Below, one piece after another: positions 37,920-48,212 of a stretch of 64,000 bases of DNA; within the stretch, counting starts at the first letter, position 1, and each line of letters opens with the position of its first letter. Source of the stretch: Terriglobia bacterium. Lineage in GTDB: Bacteria; Acidobacteriota; Terriglobia; JAJPHL01; JAPKYU01. The notes under the pieces were generated by a model. That model was not told the origin of the DNA. It ran no database searches and was given only the letters and a program-made list of their open reading frames with translations. The position numbers and the translations under genes are program-made. The stretch lies in assembly GCA_965223005.1 (NCBI GenBank), contig CBDCVK010000008.1, positions 64,001 to 128,000 of the forward strand, written 5' to 3'.

Positions 37920-39760
37920 AACTCGACTTCCTGGGCGACCTGTGCCGCACCCACATGTGCGGCGAGCTGCGCTCAGAACACGCCGGGCAAACGGCGGTGC
38001 TGACGGGCTGGGTGGCGCGACAGCGCGACCTGGGCAGCTTGATCTTCATTGACTTGCGCGACCGCGCCGGCGTCACCCAGGTCGTTTTCAACCGGGATCT
38101 TCTTCCCCAGGTCCACGAGCGCGCCAGCAGGCTGGGCCGGGAGTTTGTCGTGGGAGTGCGCGGGCAGGTGGTCGAGCGCGACCCGAAAACCGTCAACCCG
38201 GAACTGGCCACCGGGGCCGTTGAACTGGTTGCCGAGCAGCTCTTCGTGCTGAATGATGCCCGCACGCCGCCTTTCCCCATCGAAGACAACACCACCGTTC
38301 AGGAGGACACCCGGCTGCGCTACCGCTTCCTCGACCTGCGGCGACCGGGCATGCAAGCGAAGCTCGCGTTGCGCCACCGCATCTGCTTTGAGATTCGCCG
38401 GTACATGACGGAGCAGGGCTTTTTCGAGATCGAAACTCCGTTCCTGACGCGCTCCACTCCCGAGGGGGCGCGCGACTACCTGGTGCCCAGCCGCATCCAG
38501 CCCGGCTCTTTCTACGCGCTGCCGCAGTCGCCCCAGTTGTTCAAGCAAATCTTGATGATCGCCGGCCTGGACCGCTACTTCCAGATCGTGCGTTGCTTCC
38601 GCGACGAGGACCTACGCGCCGACCGCCAGCCCGAGTTCACCCAACTGGACATCGAGATGGCCTTTACGCAGCAGGACCGGCTCTTCGATCTGGTCGAGCC
38701 ACTGATGCTGCGCCTGGCCGCGCTGGCCGGAGTGGAAGCACCCAGGCCGTTCCCGCGCCTGACTTACGACGAGGCCATCCGACTCTACGGAAGCGACAAG
38801 CCTGACCTGCGCCTGCCGCCGCTCGTGCGCGTCAACCAGCTGTTCGCCCCGGAGGAGACCGCCAAACTGCGCTTTGACCCGGAATTACCCCTGGTGGCCT
38901 TCCGCGTGCCCCAATGCGCCGGCCTATCGCGAAAGGAACGGGAGGAGATTGACCAGTTCATCGCTGAGCGGAACGCACGCGGCTTTGCAGATCTCCGCCT
39001 GTCAGGTGACGGGCTGGAGGGCTCGCTGGCCCGGAGCTTGCCGGAAACGGCGCGCCGTGTTGCCGGCGCCGTGGCCGCTGAGGTCGGGGACCTGATCCCG
39101 CTCATGGCCGCGCCGCTGGGCCCGGAGTCACGTCACGAGCAGATTCCTCCGACGGGTCCGGCCGTGACCCCGCACGACACGCCGATTTTTAACGCTGCCG
39201 GCGCCCTGCGCCTGCACTTGGGACAAAAGTACAACGACCGCCACCGGCTGCTGAAGCCCCTCGACTTCCGCTTCCTGTGGGTCACGGACTTTCCCATGTT
39301 TGAATGGAGCGAGCAGGATCGGCGCTGGGTGGCCGCGCATCACCCCTTTACCTCGCCCCACGAGGAAGACCTGGGCCGGCTGGAAAGCGCTCCAGGCGCA
39401 GTGCGCTCCCGCGCCTATGACCTGGTGCTGAATGGGACTGAAGTGGGCTCTGGCTCCATCCGAATTCACCGGCGCGACGTGCAATCACAAGTGTTTCGCG
39501 CCTTGGGCTTCAGTGAGGAAGAAGCGCGCGCCCGATTCGGCTTTTTTCTGGAAGCTCTCGAGTACGGGACGCCGCCCCACGGTGGCATGGCGCTGGGACT
39601 GGATCGGCTGGTGATGCTATTGGCAGGGGAGACCTCGATCCGCGAGGTGATTGCTTTCCCCAAAACGGCGCGCGCCGTGGACTTGATGGTGGACGCGCCC
39701 ACGCCCATCAGCGACGCACAGCTCCGCGAGCTGGGCCTCCAGATCCGCAAGAAAGATTGA
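37916..39760 (+). CDS. aspS: Aspartate--tRNA ligase
   Basis: [45 protein letters not shown]. Confidence 0.97.
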   Translation: MKLDFLGDLCRTHMCGELRSEHAGQTAVLTGWVARQRDLGSLIFIDLRDRAGVTQVVFNRDLLPQVHERASRLGREFVVGVRGQVVERDPKTVNPELATGAVELVAEQLFVLNDARTPPFPIEDNTTVQEDTRLRYRFLDLRRPGMQAKLALRHRICFEIRRYMTEQGFFEIETPFLTRSTPEGARDYLVPSRIQPGSFYALPQSPQLFKQILMIAGLDRYFQIVRCFRDEDLRADRQPEFTQLDIEMAFTQQDRLFDLVEPLMLRLAALAGVEAPRPFPRLTYDEAIRLYGSDKPDLRLPPLVRVNQLFAPEETAKLRFDPELPLVAFRVPQCAGLSRKEREEIDQFIAERNARGFADLRLSGDGLEGSLARSLPETARRVAGAVAAEVGDLIPLMAAPLGPESRHEQIPPTGPAVTPHDTPIFNAAGALRLHLGQKYNDRHRLLKPLDFRFLWVTDFPMFEWSEQDRRWVAAHHPFTSPHEEDLGRLESAPGAVRSRAYDLVLNGTEVGSGSIRIHRRDVQSQVFRALGFSEEEARARFGFFLEALEYGTPPHGGMALGLDRLVMLLAGETSIREVIAFPKTARAVDLMVDAPTPISDAQLRELGLQIRKKD

Positions 39761-39784
39761 AGTTGACAATCGGAAGATTCAAAC

Positions 39785-40087
39785 ATGTCCGTTTACGTAA
39801 TCGTCACCTATGACATCGTCGACCCCAAGGGCTATGAGAGCTACGTCCCCGGCGTCATGCCGCTGCTTCAGAAGCACGGTGCTGAAATTCTGGTCGCTGA
39901 CTTTGAAGCTGAACCTCTGGAAGGACGGGCTCCAGGGGTGAATGTGGTTTTGAAGTTCGATTCGGAGAAGGCGGCTCGCAACTGGTATAACGATGCGGAC
40001 TATGGCCCGGTGAAACAGGTCCGGCTTAGTTCGACGAAAAACGGATCAATTGTATTGGCAAAGCAATTCGTGGCGCCTTCGACGTAG
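39785..40087 (+). CDS. DUF1330 domain protein
   Basis: YVIV..IVDPKGYESY, LEG, VLKFDSEKAARNWYNDADY. Confidence 0.85.
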   Translation: MSVYVIVTYDIVDPKGYESYVPGVMPLLQKHGAEILVADFEAEPLEGRAPGVNVVLKFDSEKAARNWYNDADYGPVKQVRLSSTKNGSIVLAKQFVAPST

Positions 40088-40270
40088 TATGAGCGTCAGT
40101 AAATGGGTAGCCACGGCACGATGATCGTACCGTCGGCGGTTTACTAGGGCGGGGCTTGAGGATCGCGACGAGCCGGTCGGCACGAGTTGAGGCCTTTGGG
40201 AGAGGGTCTCGGATTTTACGATCAAGAATGAATTGGTCCTGGCTTTCTGCCCCTTGTGGGCTCGTCGAGA

Positions 40271-40894
40271 TTAGCCGTTGTTGCCGCGCTGGACCAGGGC
40301 CAGGAACTCGTCCCGGGTCTGCTTCTGTGCCCGGAACGAGCCGAGCATGGCGCTGGTGACGGCCTGGGAATGCTGCTTTTCCACGCCGCGCATCATCATG
40401 CAGAGGTGGCGTGCTTCCATCACCACACCCACCCCTCGCGGCTGGATTTTTTCCTCGATGGCCTGCGCAATCTGCAAGGTAAGCCGCTCCTGAATTTGGA
40501 GACGCTGGGCAAAAATATCTACCAGGCGGGGGATCTTGCTCAGCCCGATCACCTTCTGGTTCGGGATGTAGGCCACATGGGCCTTGCCAAAGAAAGGCAG
40601 CAGGTGGTGTTCGCACAGGCTGAACACCTCGATGTCCTTCACGATGACCATTTCGTCGTACGTGACGCTATACAGCGCTCCGTTCAGCGTATCCTCCAGG
40701 CTGTTCCGGTAGCCCTGGGTGAGGAAGCGCAGCGCCTGCTCGACGCGTCTGGGTGTGTCTTGCAGGCCATCCCGCTCCGGGTCTTCTCCCAGCCGGATCA
40801 GCAGTTCGCGAACCAAGTCCTGCAACGGCTGAGTGTCGGGAGTGGCCACGGTAGCCGAGCTCCCGGCCGGTGTTTTCGCTGCGGAGTTCGTCAT
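40271..40894 (-). CDS. folE: GTP cyclohydrolase I
   Basis: [38 protein letters not shown]. Confidence 0.97.
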   Translation of the reverse strand: MTNSAAKTPAGSSATVATPDTQPLQDLVRELLIRLGEDPERDGLQDTPRRVEQALRFLTQGYRNSLEDTLNGALYSVTYDEMVIVKDIEVFSLCEHHLLPFFGKAHVAYIPNQKVIGLSKIPRLVDIFAQRLQIQERLTLQIAQAIEEKIQPRGVGVVMEARHLCMMMRGVEKQHSQAVTSAMLGSFRAQKQTRDEFLALVQRGNNG

Positions 40895-41045
40895 GGATGT
40901 CTCATTTCGCCGCCCCGTCCCTGGGCGTCCCGGCTGCAGCGACCACTGCAGCCCAGTTCCTTCCTTCCTGTTGTAAACTGAGTGGGGACTCCAAGCTTAT
41001 CATTATATACCGCCCGCAGGTCGGGCAGGGCGCATTCGACGGGAC

Positions 41046-41573
41046 ATGATTTCTTTGCAGCCCCAAACTGTGGCACGCGCACTCCTGGTAGTGTTGGTCG
41101 TCGCGTTTGTCTTCGCCATCCTGAATCCCGGCGATGCTCCGCCGGCAGTCGGAGAAGTTGCACCGGACTTCGAGCTGTCGGACCTCCAAGGGCAAGCGGT
41201 TCGGCTCTCGAAGTACCGGGGCAAGGTGGTGGTGTTGAATTTCTGGGCCACCTGGTGTCCTCCGTGTGTCGAGGAGATGCCTTCGCTCAACCGCTTCGCG
41301 CGGATTTTTGCTTCCCGCGGAGTGGTGGTGGTGGCGGTCAGCGTGGACGATGATGAGCAAGCCCTGCGTCGGTTCACGGCCGACCATCAACTCGAGATGA
41401 TCATCCTGCGCGACCCCGGCCGCCAGGTCGCCACCCTTTACCAGACCTATATGTACCCGGAAACCTACATCCTGGACCGGCAGGGGCGGCTGTTGCGGAA
41501 ACTGGTTGGCCCCGCCGACTGGGGTGATCCCAACCTGCTCGTGTTCTTCCGGGAACTGACCACCGGAGCGTGA
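41046..41573 (+). CDS. TlpA/ResA-like thiol-disulfide oxidoreductase
   Basis: TM anchor; NFWATWCPPCVEEMP; YPETYILDRQG. Confidence 0.9.
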   Translation: MISLQPQTVARALLVVLVVAFVFAILNPGDAPPAVGEVAPDFELSDLQGQAVRLSKYRGKVVVLNFWATWCPPCVEEMPSLNRFARIFASRGVVVVAVSVDDDEQALRRFTADHQLEMIILRDPGRQVATLYQTYMYPETYILDRQGRLLRKLVGPADWGDPNLLVFFRELTTGA

Positions 41574-41614
41574 TTGTCCAAAGCAGGCCGCGTCCTCTGG
41601 CTACAATCCCGCCG

Positions 41615-41836
41615 CTACTTTTTCTTTTCCGCGATCCACAGGCCGCGCGAGATTGCTCGGCCGCAGAACGGGCAATAATTGACCGCCATGTAAGAGACGC
41701 GGTCCGTCTCGGCGTTGCGTAGGAAGTACTCCGAATCGATTTCATTGAGCACCCGCCCTCCCGGCAGCCGCTGGATCGAGCCGTGTGCCAGGAATTCGCG
41801 GTCCAAGGCGTCCTCCATCTCCGTACAGCAGGTCAT
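41615..41836 (-). CDS. Small Cys-rich hypothetical protein (putative Zn-binding)
   Basis: MTCC...NYCPFCG; fills the gap between flanking genes. Confidence 0.65.
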   Translation of the reverse strand: MTCCTEMEDALDREFLAHGSIQRLPGGRVLNEIDSEYFLRNAETDRVSYMAVNYCPFCGRAISRGLWIAEKKK

Positions 41837-41914
41837 GGCAACAGGTTATAGGAAATCCATGCTCGGTGCCAGGGTGCCTGAGCGCATGGCGCTATAATGC
41901 GAGGGGAGTCTTGA

Positions 41915-42709
41915 TTGGCCCGATCGCCCGAACCCTTTCTCAGCATCGTCATCCCGGCATACAACGAGGAAACCCGCTTGCCGCGCGCGCTGGAGTCCAT
42001 CGCCACCTATGCGGCCTCGAAAAGTTTTGCGTTGGAGGTGCTGGTGGTGGACGATGGCTCACGTGACGGCACTGCCGCTGCGGCAACCCGTGCGGCCGCG
42101 AACTGGCCGGCCGTCCGCTTGCTGCGCAACCCCGGCAACCGCGGCAAGGGCTACAGCGTGCGCCACGGAATGCTGGAAGCGGCCGGGCGGATTGCGCTAT
42201 TTACCGACGCCGACCTGGCCGCACCCATCGAGGAAGCTGACCGGCTGCTGGCGGTGCTCGAAGCCGGCCACGACGTCGCGATTGCCTCTCGCGCCCTGCG
42301 GCCCGAGCTGATCGCGGTGCACCAGTCCCGGATGCGCGAAACGGCGGGACGGATTTTTAATCTGCTCGTGCGGGCTTTTACCAGACTTCCTTTCCGGGAT
42401 ACCCAGTGCGGTTTCAAGTTGTTCCGGCGCGAGGCTGCGCGCGCCGTCTTCAGCCGCCAGCAGATTGACGGCTTTGGCTTCGACGTGGAAGTGCTCTACC
42501 TGGCCCGCAAGTTCGGATACCAGGTTGCGGAGGTGCCGGTTCGCTGGAGCCATGATCAAGACACCAAAGTTTCCATGTTCAGTGCCAGCGCGCGGATGTT
42601 TGCCGACCTGTGGTGCATTCGTTGGATGGACTTCCGGGGGAGATACAATCCCCTCCGTGAGGATGTAGTCTCCGGGGGGCCGCACCGGCCGGGCAGGGAG
42701 AAGCCTTGA
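41915..42709 (+). CDS. GT2 glycosyltransferase (dolichyl-phosphate glucosyltransferase-like)
   Basis: IVIPAYNE, VVDDGS, NRGKG, FTDADL, DTQCGFKLF. Confidence 0.92.
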   Translation: MARSPEPFLSIVIPAYNEETRLPRALESIATYAASKSFALEVLVVDDGSRDGTAAAATRAAANWPAVRLLRNPGNRGKGYSVRHGMLEAAGRIALFTDADLAAPIEEADRLLAVLEAGHDVAIASRALRPELIAVHQSRMRETAGRIFNLLVRAFTRLPFRDTQCGFKLFRREAARAVFSRQQIDGFGFDVEVLYLARKFGYQVAEVPVRWSHDQDTKVSMFSASARMFADLWCIRWMDFRGRYNPLREDVVSGGPHRPGREKP

Positions 42710-42744
42710 ACCCCGAGTCAGTTGGCGAACGCAGGAAATCCAGG

Positions 42745-43665
42745 CTAGCCCAGCCGGCCGAAGTTCCAACCGACCAGCAGGAACGAAATGGCAATCATCA
42801 GCAGCACAGTGTAGCTGGCAAACCGCCAGGCGAGAATGGAGGTGCGTTGGAACAAGGGAGTGTCGCTAACCAGCGCGCCGAACACCAGGCCTGCCAGCAG
42901 CCCGCCGATGTGGGCGGCGTTGTCAATTCCGGGAATGAAGAATCCGAAAACTAGACCGTAGATGGCCCAGCGCATGTACATCGTTTTGACCTGCGCACCG
43001 AGAGCCGTACGGTGCCGGTAGCCGTAGGCAATCATCACGCCAATCAAACCAAACAGAGCGCCTGATGCGCCAACCGAAACGGCGAACGGGTGCCACAGCA
43101 AGCTGGCCAGACTGCCGGCAATGCCCGCCAGAAAGTAGAGCACCAAGTAGCGGGCGGTGCCGTACATTTCCTCAACAGCTGGGCCGAGGTCGAACAGAAC
43201 CAGGCTGTTAAACAACAGGTGGATCAGATTGCCATGCAGGAAGACAGCGGTTACCAGGCGCCACCACTCGCCCTCTACCACGTGGTAGTCGCGCGCGCCT
43301 AACTCCACCAGCGTCCGCCCGGGCATGCTCCCAAGTGCCTCCAGCCCGACGCCGCTGCGGGCCGCCGCCACCAGGGAAATCCCGAACAGGAAAAAGTTTG
43401 CCCCAAGCAGCAACGTAGTATAGCGAGCTCTTTCGGGCACCAATCCGGTGAGCAAGCGTCGGATGCCAACCCGGTGGACGGCTGACAGCGACTCGTTGCA
43501 GTACGGGCACCGCGACTCCTTCGCACCCACCAAGGCGCGACAGGCCGGGCAAACCTTTTGCTTCGCCATGCTGGCTTTAAAGAGCCAGCTGAGCCTGTCC
43601 AACCGGTCCCTCAGCGAGCGGCGGTACCGCTCCAGTTTCCACCTCATGTGGGGCGAGAGAGGCAT
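42745..43665 (-). CDS. Rhomboid intramembrane serine protease with N-terminal zinc ribbon
   Basis: CPACR..CPYC; WWRLVTAVFLH, HLLFN, VGASGA, NAAHIGG. Confidence 0.9.
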   Translation of the reverse strand: MPLSPHMRWKLERYRRSLRDRLDRLSWLFKASMAKQKVCPACRALVGAKESRCPYCNESLSAVHRVGIRRLLTGLVPERARYTTLLLGANFFLFGISLVAAARSGVGLEALGSMPGRTLVELGARDYHVVEGEWWRLVTAVFLHGNLIHLLFNSLVLFDLGPAVEEMYGTARYLVLYFLAGIAGSLASLLWHPFAVSVGASGALFGLIGVMIAYGYRHRTALGAQVKTMYMRWAIYGLVFGFFIPGIDNAAHIGGLLAGLVFGALVSDTPLFQRTSILAWRFASYTVLLMIAISFLLVGWNFGRLG

Positions 43666-43753
43666 CGTCCGATTCCATTATAGTACCGTTATAGTACCGT
43701 GCTCGCCGCGTGGCCCGTCCCGGAATCCGCTGCAGAGTGTGTTTCAATAAGCC

Positions 43754-44473
43754 ATGAATTCTCGGCACGCTCGGCTGATCTTGGTTGCGCTGCTGGCGCT
43801 GGTGCTGGTGGTGGGCGCCACCGGGTGTGGCAAGAAACGAAGTGCCGGGAAACGCGCGCCGCGACTTCCTTCCCCTGTCGCGGTGCAACCAGGAGACTTC
43901 GAGTACGGGTACGCCAGTTGGTACGGCCATCCCTACCACGGCCGGCGGACTTCCAACGGCGAAACTTACGACATGCACAAGCTGACGGCTGCCCATCGCA
44001 CCCTGCCCTTTGGCACCGAGGTGGAAGTGACCAACAGGGAGAATGAGCGGAAGGTGCAGGTGCGCATCAACGATCGCGGCCCGTTTGTGGACGGTCGCAT
44101 CATTGACCTGTCGCTGAAGGCTGCCAAAGCCATCCGCCTGGTTGGCCCCGGGACGGCCCTGGTACAGGTAAAAATCCTTCGCGTTCCGGAGAACGGCGCC
44201 CCTTCCTCCGCCGGTGGTGGAGGTGGCGCGGGGACTCGCAACGGCCGTTACACTGTGCAGGTGGGTGCCTTTGCCGACAAGCGCAATGCCGACCGATTGC
44301 GCGCCCGGCTCGCCCGCAGCTATCCCCAGTATCCTGTGCTCCTGAACCGGACCCCCAGCGGGCACCGCTACCGCGTTTGGGTGGGCAATGAGCCCAGCGA
44401 GCAACGAGCCGCCTTGATCGCCGGACAGCTCCGGCAGGACCGCCTCTCCGTTTTCGTGGTACGCCTCGACTAA
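43754..44473 (+). CDS. rlpA: Septal ring lytic transglycosylase RlpA (lipoprotein, SPOR domain)
   Basis: Lipobox ATGC; ASWYG, TAAHRTLPFG, RINDRGPF, IIDLS; SPOR YTVQVGAF. Confidence 0.93.
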   Translation: MNSRHARLILVALLALVLVVGATGCGKKRSAGKRAPRLPSPVAVQPGDFEYGYASWYGHPYHGRRTSNGETYDMHKLTAAHRTLPFGTEVEVTNRENERKVQVRINDRGPFVDGRIIDLSLKAAKAIRLVGPGTALVQVKILRVPENGAPSSAGGGGGAGTRNGRYTVQVGAFADKRNADRLRARLARSYPQYPVLLNRTPSGHRYRVWVGNEPSEQRAALIAGQLRQDRLSVFVVRLD

Positions 44474-44681
44474 TACCCTAACCGGCTGAAGTAGTGCTTT
44501 CCCGGGGTAGCGAGTTGCTTTCTGGATAGCTGTGCTATGAGGCGGTAGTAGGAATTAGCCGTTACCGTATTACAATTCAAATGCTCCCTATTGTGTGTGC
44601 TGCCTGCTTCTGAATATGGAGGATCACGGCCTGTCACGGCCTACCGGCGAACACACATGATTCAGAGAGGGGTAACTGCTC

Positions 44682-45158
44682 ATGCCTCTAACTTTTCGTT
44701 TTGCCACACCGGCTGATCATCCGCGCGTTGAAGAGCTAGCCATCAGCAGCTTCGAGTCCATTACTTATTTCCGCCTTATTGGCGAGAAGTTTGGCTCCTT
44801 GAACGGTAAGGACTGGAAGGACCACTGGAGGCTACGGATGCAGAGGATCTTCGAGACCCAAATCATCCTGCTGGGCGAAACCAACGGGGAGATCGTGGGA
44901 TTCTCCAGCGGGACCATCGACCCCGAACTTCGGCTGGGCTATGTGGACCTTTTGGCCGTCGATCCCAAGGCTCAGGGCAAAGGCTATGGGCGACAGCTGT
45001 TGAACGCTATGCTCCGTGCCTTCTTGGATCGTGGCGCTGAGCACGCCTACCTAGACTGCTTGGTTGAGAACGATGTCGGGAACACGCTCTATCGCACTGA
45101 AGGATTTGAGGAGGTAGCCCGCAGTATTCGATGGTTCATCAAGATTCGCCCCGAGTAA
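44682..45158 (+). CDS. GNAT N-acetyltransferase
   Basis: LAVDPKAQGKGYGRQL, N...LYRTEGF. Confidence 0.88.
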   Translation: MPLTFRFATPADHPRVEELAISSFESITYFRLIGEKFGSLNGKDWKDHWRLRMQRIFETQIILLGETNGEIVGFSSGTIDPELRLGYVDLLAVDPKAQGKGYGRQLLNAMLRAFLDRGAEHAYLDCLVENDVGNTLYRTEGFEEVARSIRWFIKIRPE

Positions 45159-45177
45159 CCCAGGCCGCCCACTCGTT

Positions 45178-46002
45178 TCAATACTTGCTCTCCTCCATCT
45201 CCACGCGAACCTCCAACGTTTCACCAGCCTTGATTTCAATCGTGCGCTCCCAATCCTTGAAACCATACTTTTGCACCTTGACCTTGTACTGGCCCGGTGC
45301 CAATGCTCTGGACTGTGGACAGACTCCACCGTAGATTCCGTCGATCCGGACTTCAAGCCAAGCAGGATCGCAAGTTAACTTCAGGACACCTTGCATGTCT
45401 CCGGATCTGTCGTCCTCTTGGGATGCGACGGTCTGCGTAGTGTCCTTCACGGCCCCCTCTTGGGATGTGACGGTCTGCGTAGTGTCCTTCGCGCTCTCCT
45501 CTCGGGATGCGACGGTCTGCTCGGTGTCCGTCACGCTCTCCTCTTGGGATGCGACGGTCTGCTCAGTGTTCGTCACGCCCTCCTCTCGGGATGCCACGGT
45601 CCGGCCGGTCACTTCCTCGACAGTCCCAAGCACGCTTTGGTAGTTGCTCTTGTGGAGCTTGAACTCGACCTTACCAACCAGGTCCGCGCCGTCATTGAAC
45701 GACAGAGCCATGTAGTGCTTGCGACCTTTGGTCAACAGGAACGTGCCTTTCCGCCTCCCGGAAACACTCGAGTAGAGCACTTCCGTCACCGCCTTCGCCG
45801 GTATCGAGAAGTATTCGGTCACTCCGTCTTTTTTCGTAAACTGAATCCGCTCACTGTTGATGACCAGCTTGCCTTTGTCGCCCTCCTCCGCTTCGAGGAA
45901 GTTCGTCCGGATTTGAACTTTGTCAAACGTGACCTGTGCCCAGGCAGGGATCGAGCATGTTGCCAAGAAGAGAGCGACTGAAAATATCCCCATCTTTCTC
46001 AT
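45178..46002 (-). CDS. Secreted PEGA-domain protein with repeat linker
   Basis: Signal peptide; C-terminal VRIDG..LAPGQYKVKVQKYGFKDW (PEGA). Confidence 0.8.
   Translation of the reverse strand: MRKMGIFSVALFLATCSIPAWAQVTFDKVQIRTNFLEAEEGDKGKLVINSERIQFTKKDGVTEYFSIPAKAVTEVLYSSVSGRRKGTFLLTKGRKHYMALSFNDGADLVGKVEFKLHKSNYQSVLGTVEEVTGRTVASREEGVTNTEQTVASQEESVTDTEQTVASREESAKDTTQTVTSQEGAVKDTTQTVASQEDDRSGDMQGVLKLTCDPAWLEVRIDGIYGGVCPQSRALAPGQYKVKVQKYGFKDWERTIEIKAGETLEVRVEMEESKY
45414..45601 (-). repeat. 42-bp (14-aa) coding tandem repeat, ~4.5 copies
   Basis: VASREEGVTNTEQT / VASQEESVTDTEQT / VASREESAKDTTQT / VTSQEGAVKDTTQT / VASQE. Confidence 0.9.
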
Positions 46003-46143
46003 GACGGTCCTCCTGTTGCCGGTGTTTTACCTGGGATCATGTGTTCCCAGCGTAGTGAAGTCAAGCCGTATCTGGTGCGCAGGAAGCAGCAGCATCCGAC
46101 GAAGATGTCAACAGGGCCACTGCGCTCGATGGCCAAATACAGA

Positions 46144-46989
46144 TCAAAACATTGTGCCAAGGACTGCGCAACCAGCGGTGATCGCTACGGTTTTAGTGGT
46201 GCTTTTCTGCGCTAGCGGGGACTCAAAGATAGCTCTATTGCCGCACGCTACGTCGACCTTGTTGTTCTGAATGGTGTTTGGCGGACTCAATGTTCCGACG
46301 TACGCGTACTGCTGCCCGACCCAAACCCCCTTGGCGGAATTATTTTCGATTGTGTTCCCTCCAAGATCAACAGATGACATCTTGGTCACCCAAAGTCCGT
46401 TCTTGTTGTTCTTGATCTTGTTGCCACGAACATTGGCCGAGCTGCTCAGATCTATGGCAATCCCACTGCCAGAATTGTTGTGGATTGTATTTTCAACCAC
46501 GTTTGCACTCGAACTCTTCGTCACGAACACTCCCACGCCGTTGCTGCTGATCGTACTCTGCCGAATGTCGGCAAAGCTCGTGTTTCCGACAAACACACCT
46601 GCGGTGGAAGCATTCCGGACAGTCACGTTGTTGAGGCTGACCGAGCCGCTAGCAACTTCGATCGCCAAATTGGCGCCACTGCCATCGACCGTGAGACCGC
46701 GAAGTTCTACAGCAGCTCCACTTATCAAAAGAACACTCTCGCTGCCAGGCGCCGACAGTGTTGCGGGACCGGTCAACGTGAAATTCCTGGTAATGCGCAA
46801 AGGTCCCTCGCAGGTCCCGATAACGAAGATCTCCGCATCCGCCGCGCTATTGATTTGCCGCTGGAGGCCGTGGCCCTTGGTATCGCAATTGATAGAGGTT
46901 TGTTGCGCATGAAGCCGTGAAACTGACACAGCGAACACTGCCACAACCGCCAGGACAACCACGAGGACTCGTTTCACAGAGATTGACAT
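46144..46989 (-). CDS. Secreted right-handed beta-helix (NosD/pectin lyase-like) protein
   Basis: Signal peptide; repeated I.NN..GI.V..SS motifs; AAGGAGG RBS. Confidence 0.8.
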   Translation of the reverse strand: MSISVKRVLVVVLAVVAVFAVSVSRLHAQQTSINCDTKGHGLQRQINSAADAEIFVIGTCEGPLRITRNFTLTGPATLSAPGSESVLLISGAAVELRGLTVDGSGANLAIEVASGSVSLNNVTVRNASTAGVFVGNTSFADIRQSTISSNGVGVFVTKSSSANVVENTIHNNSGSGIAIDLSSSANVRGNKIKNNKNGLWVTKMSSVDLGGNTIENNSAKGVWVGQQYAYVGTLSPPNTIQNNKVDVACGNRAIFESPLAQKSTTKTVAITAGCAVLGTMF

Positions 46990-47194
46990 TGTTCCTCCTT
47001 CTTCGTCTGGAGCTGCAATTTCCGATTCGTGCTTCCCTTTCGCTCAGCAGCATACGTCAGCCACCCTCCGTGTCAAGCTGAGACCGGATGGGCAGCGACC
47101 ACGGATGCGCTACGAGAATCAGGCTCTCGATGCCGAGGGCTAGGGAGTCGAGGATGTCAACCGAGTGAGATCGCTTCGTTGCTGAGATCGAGGC

Positions 47195-48106
47195 TCAGAC
47201 GTCGCAGAGCAGCACGGCCTCTCGCAGTGAAGCCATCGGATCGCGCTTGGGGACGAACTCGTGCGCCATGTAGCCGCTGAACCCGGTCTCGATGATGGCC
47301 TGGGTGACGGTGGCGTAGTTGAGTTCCTGCGTGCTGTCGATCTCGTTGCGCCCAGGAACACCGCCCGTGTGGAAGTGGGCGATGTACTGAATGTTGTCGC
47401 GGATCGTGCGGATCACATCGCCTTCCATGATCTGCATGTGGTAGATGTCGTGGAGCAACCGGAACCGGGGCGAGTTCACCCGCTTCACCAGTTCCACACC
47501 CCACTCCGTGCGGTCGCACTGGTAATCGGGGTGGTCGACCTTGCTGTTCAGCGGCTCCATGCAGATCATGATGTCTTTGTCTTCGGCCTGGGGGGTGACT
47601 TTTTTCAGGAAAATGTAGCAGTTCTCGAGGCCCTCTTCGTCGGTCATGCCGCGGCGGTTGCCGGAGAAGCAGATCAGGTTGGGTACGCCGGCCTTGGCGG
47701 CCAGGTCAATGTTCTTGCGGCACTCCTCCTCGGATTTGGGATGGTTGGCTTTGGTGTTGATTCCGTCGGGAGGGTTTCCTCCCGCGACGTATCCCATCAC
47801 CGGTCGAATCCCGTACTTGAACGCGGTGCCCCAGTCAGGCGGCCGGATCAGGTCTATGCCCACGATGCCCATCTTGGCCGATTCGCGCACCAGCTCTTCG
47901 ACCGACAGTTTCGGATAGCACCATTTGCACACTGACTGCTGGATGCGCCCCTTCAGCTTCTGCCGGCCGGCCTCGCCGTGATGGTCGGGCTTTGCGATCG
48001 CTGCCACGGCCCCCGGTTCCGCCAGCGCCCCGGCCACCGCCGCTGTGGCGCCGGCCGTCACGCGGGCCAACGCGGACCGGCGAGTGATTCGTTCCGCTTG
48101 GCTCAT
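47195..48106 (-). CDS. Hydroxypyruvate isomerase-family TIM-barrel protein (Tat signal)
   Basis: ITRRSAL; ICFSGNR, MEPLNSKVDH, DIYHMQIMEG, HFHTGGVPGRNE. Confidence 0.88.
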   Translation of the reverse strand: MSQAERITRRSALARVTAGATAAVAGALAEPGAVAAIAKPDHHGEAGRQKLKGRIQQSVCKWCYPKLSVEELVRESAKMGIVGIDLIRPPDWGTAFKYGIRPVMGYVAGGNPPDGINTKANHPKSEEECRKNIDLAAKAGVPNLICFSGNRRGMTDEEGLENCYIFLKKVTPQAEDKDIMICMEPLNSKVDHPDYQCDRTEWGVELVKRVNSPRFRLLHDIYHMQIMEGDVIRTIRDNIQYIAHFHTGGVPGRNEIDSTQELNYATVTQAIIETGFSGYMAHEFVPKRDPMASLREAVLLCDV

Positions 48107-48212
48107 GATGCCCTCCTCGGCTCGAAAGACCTGACCGCACCCCAGGGGGCGGGGTTCCTGCCATCTGGACTGCAGCGGCCCTATGTCAGCAGGACGGCCA
48201 AGAGTGATTTTG

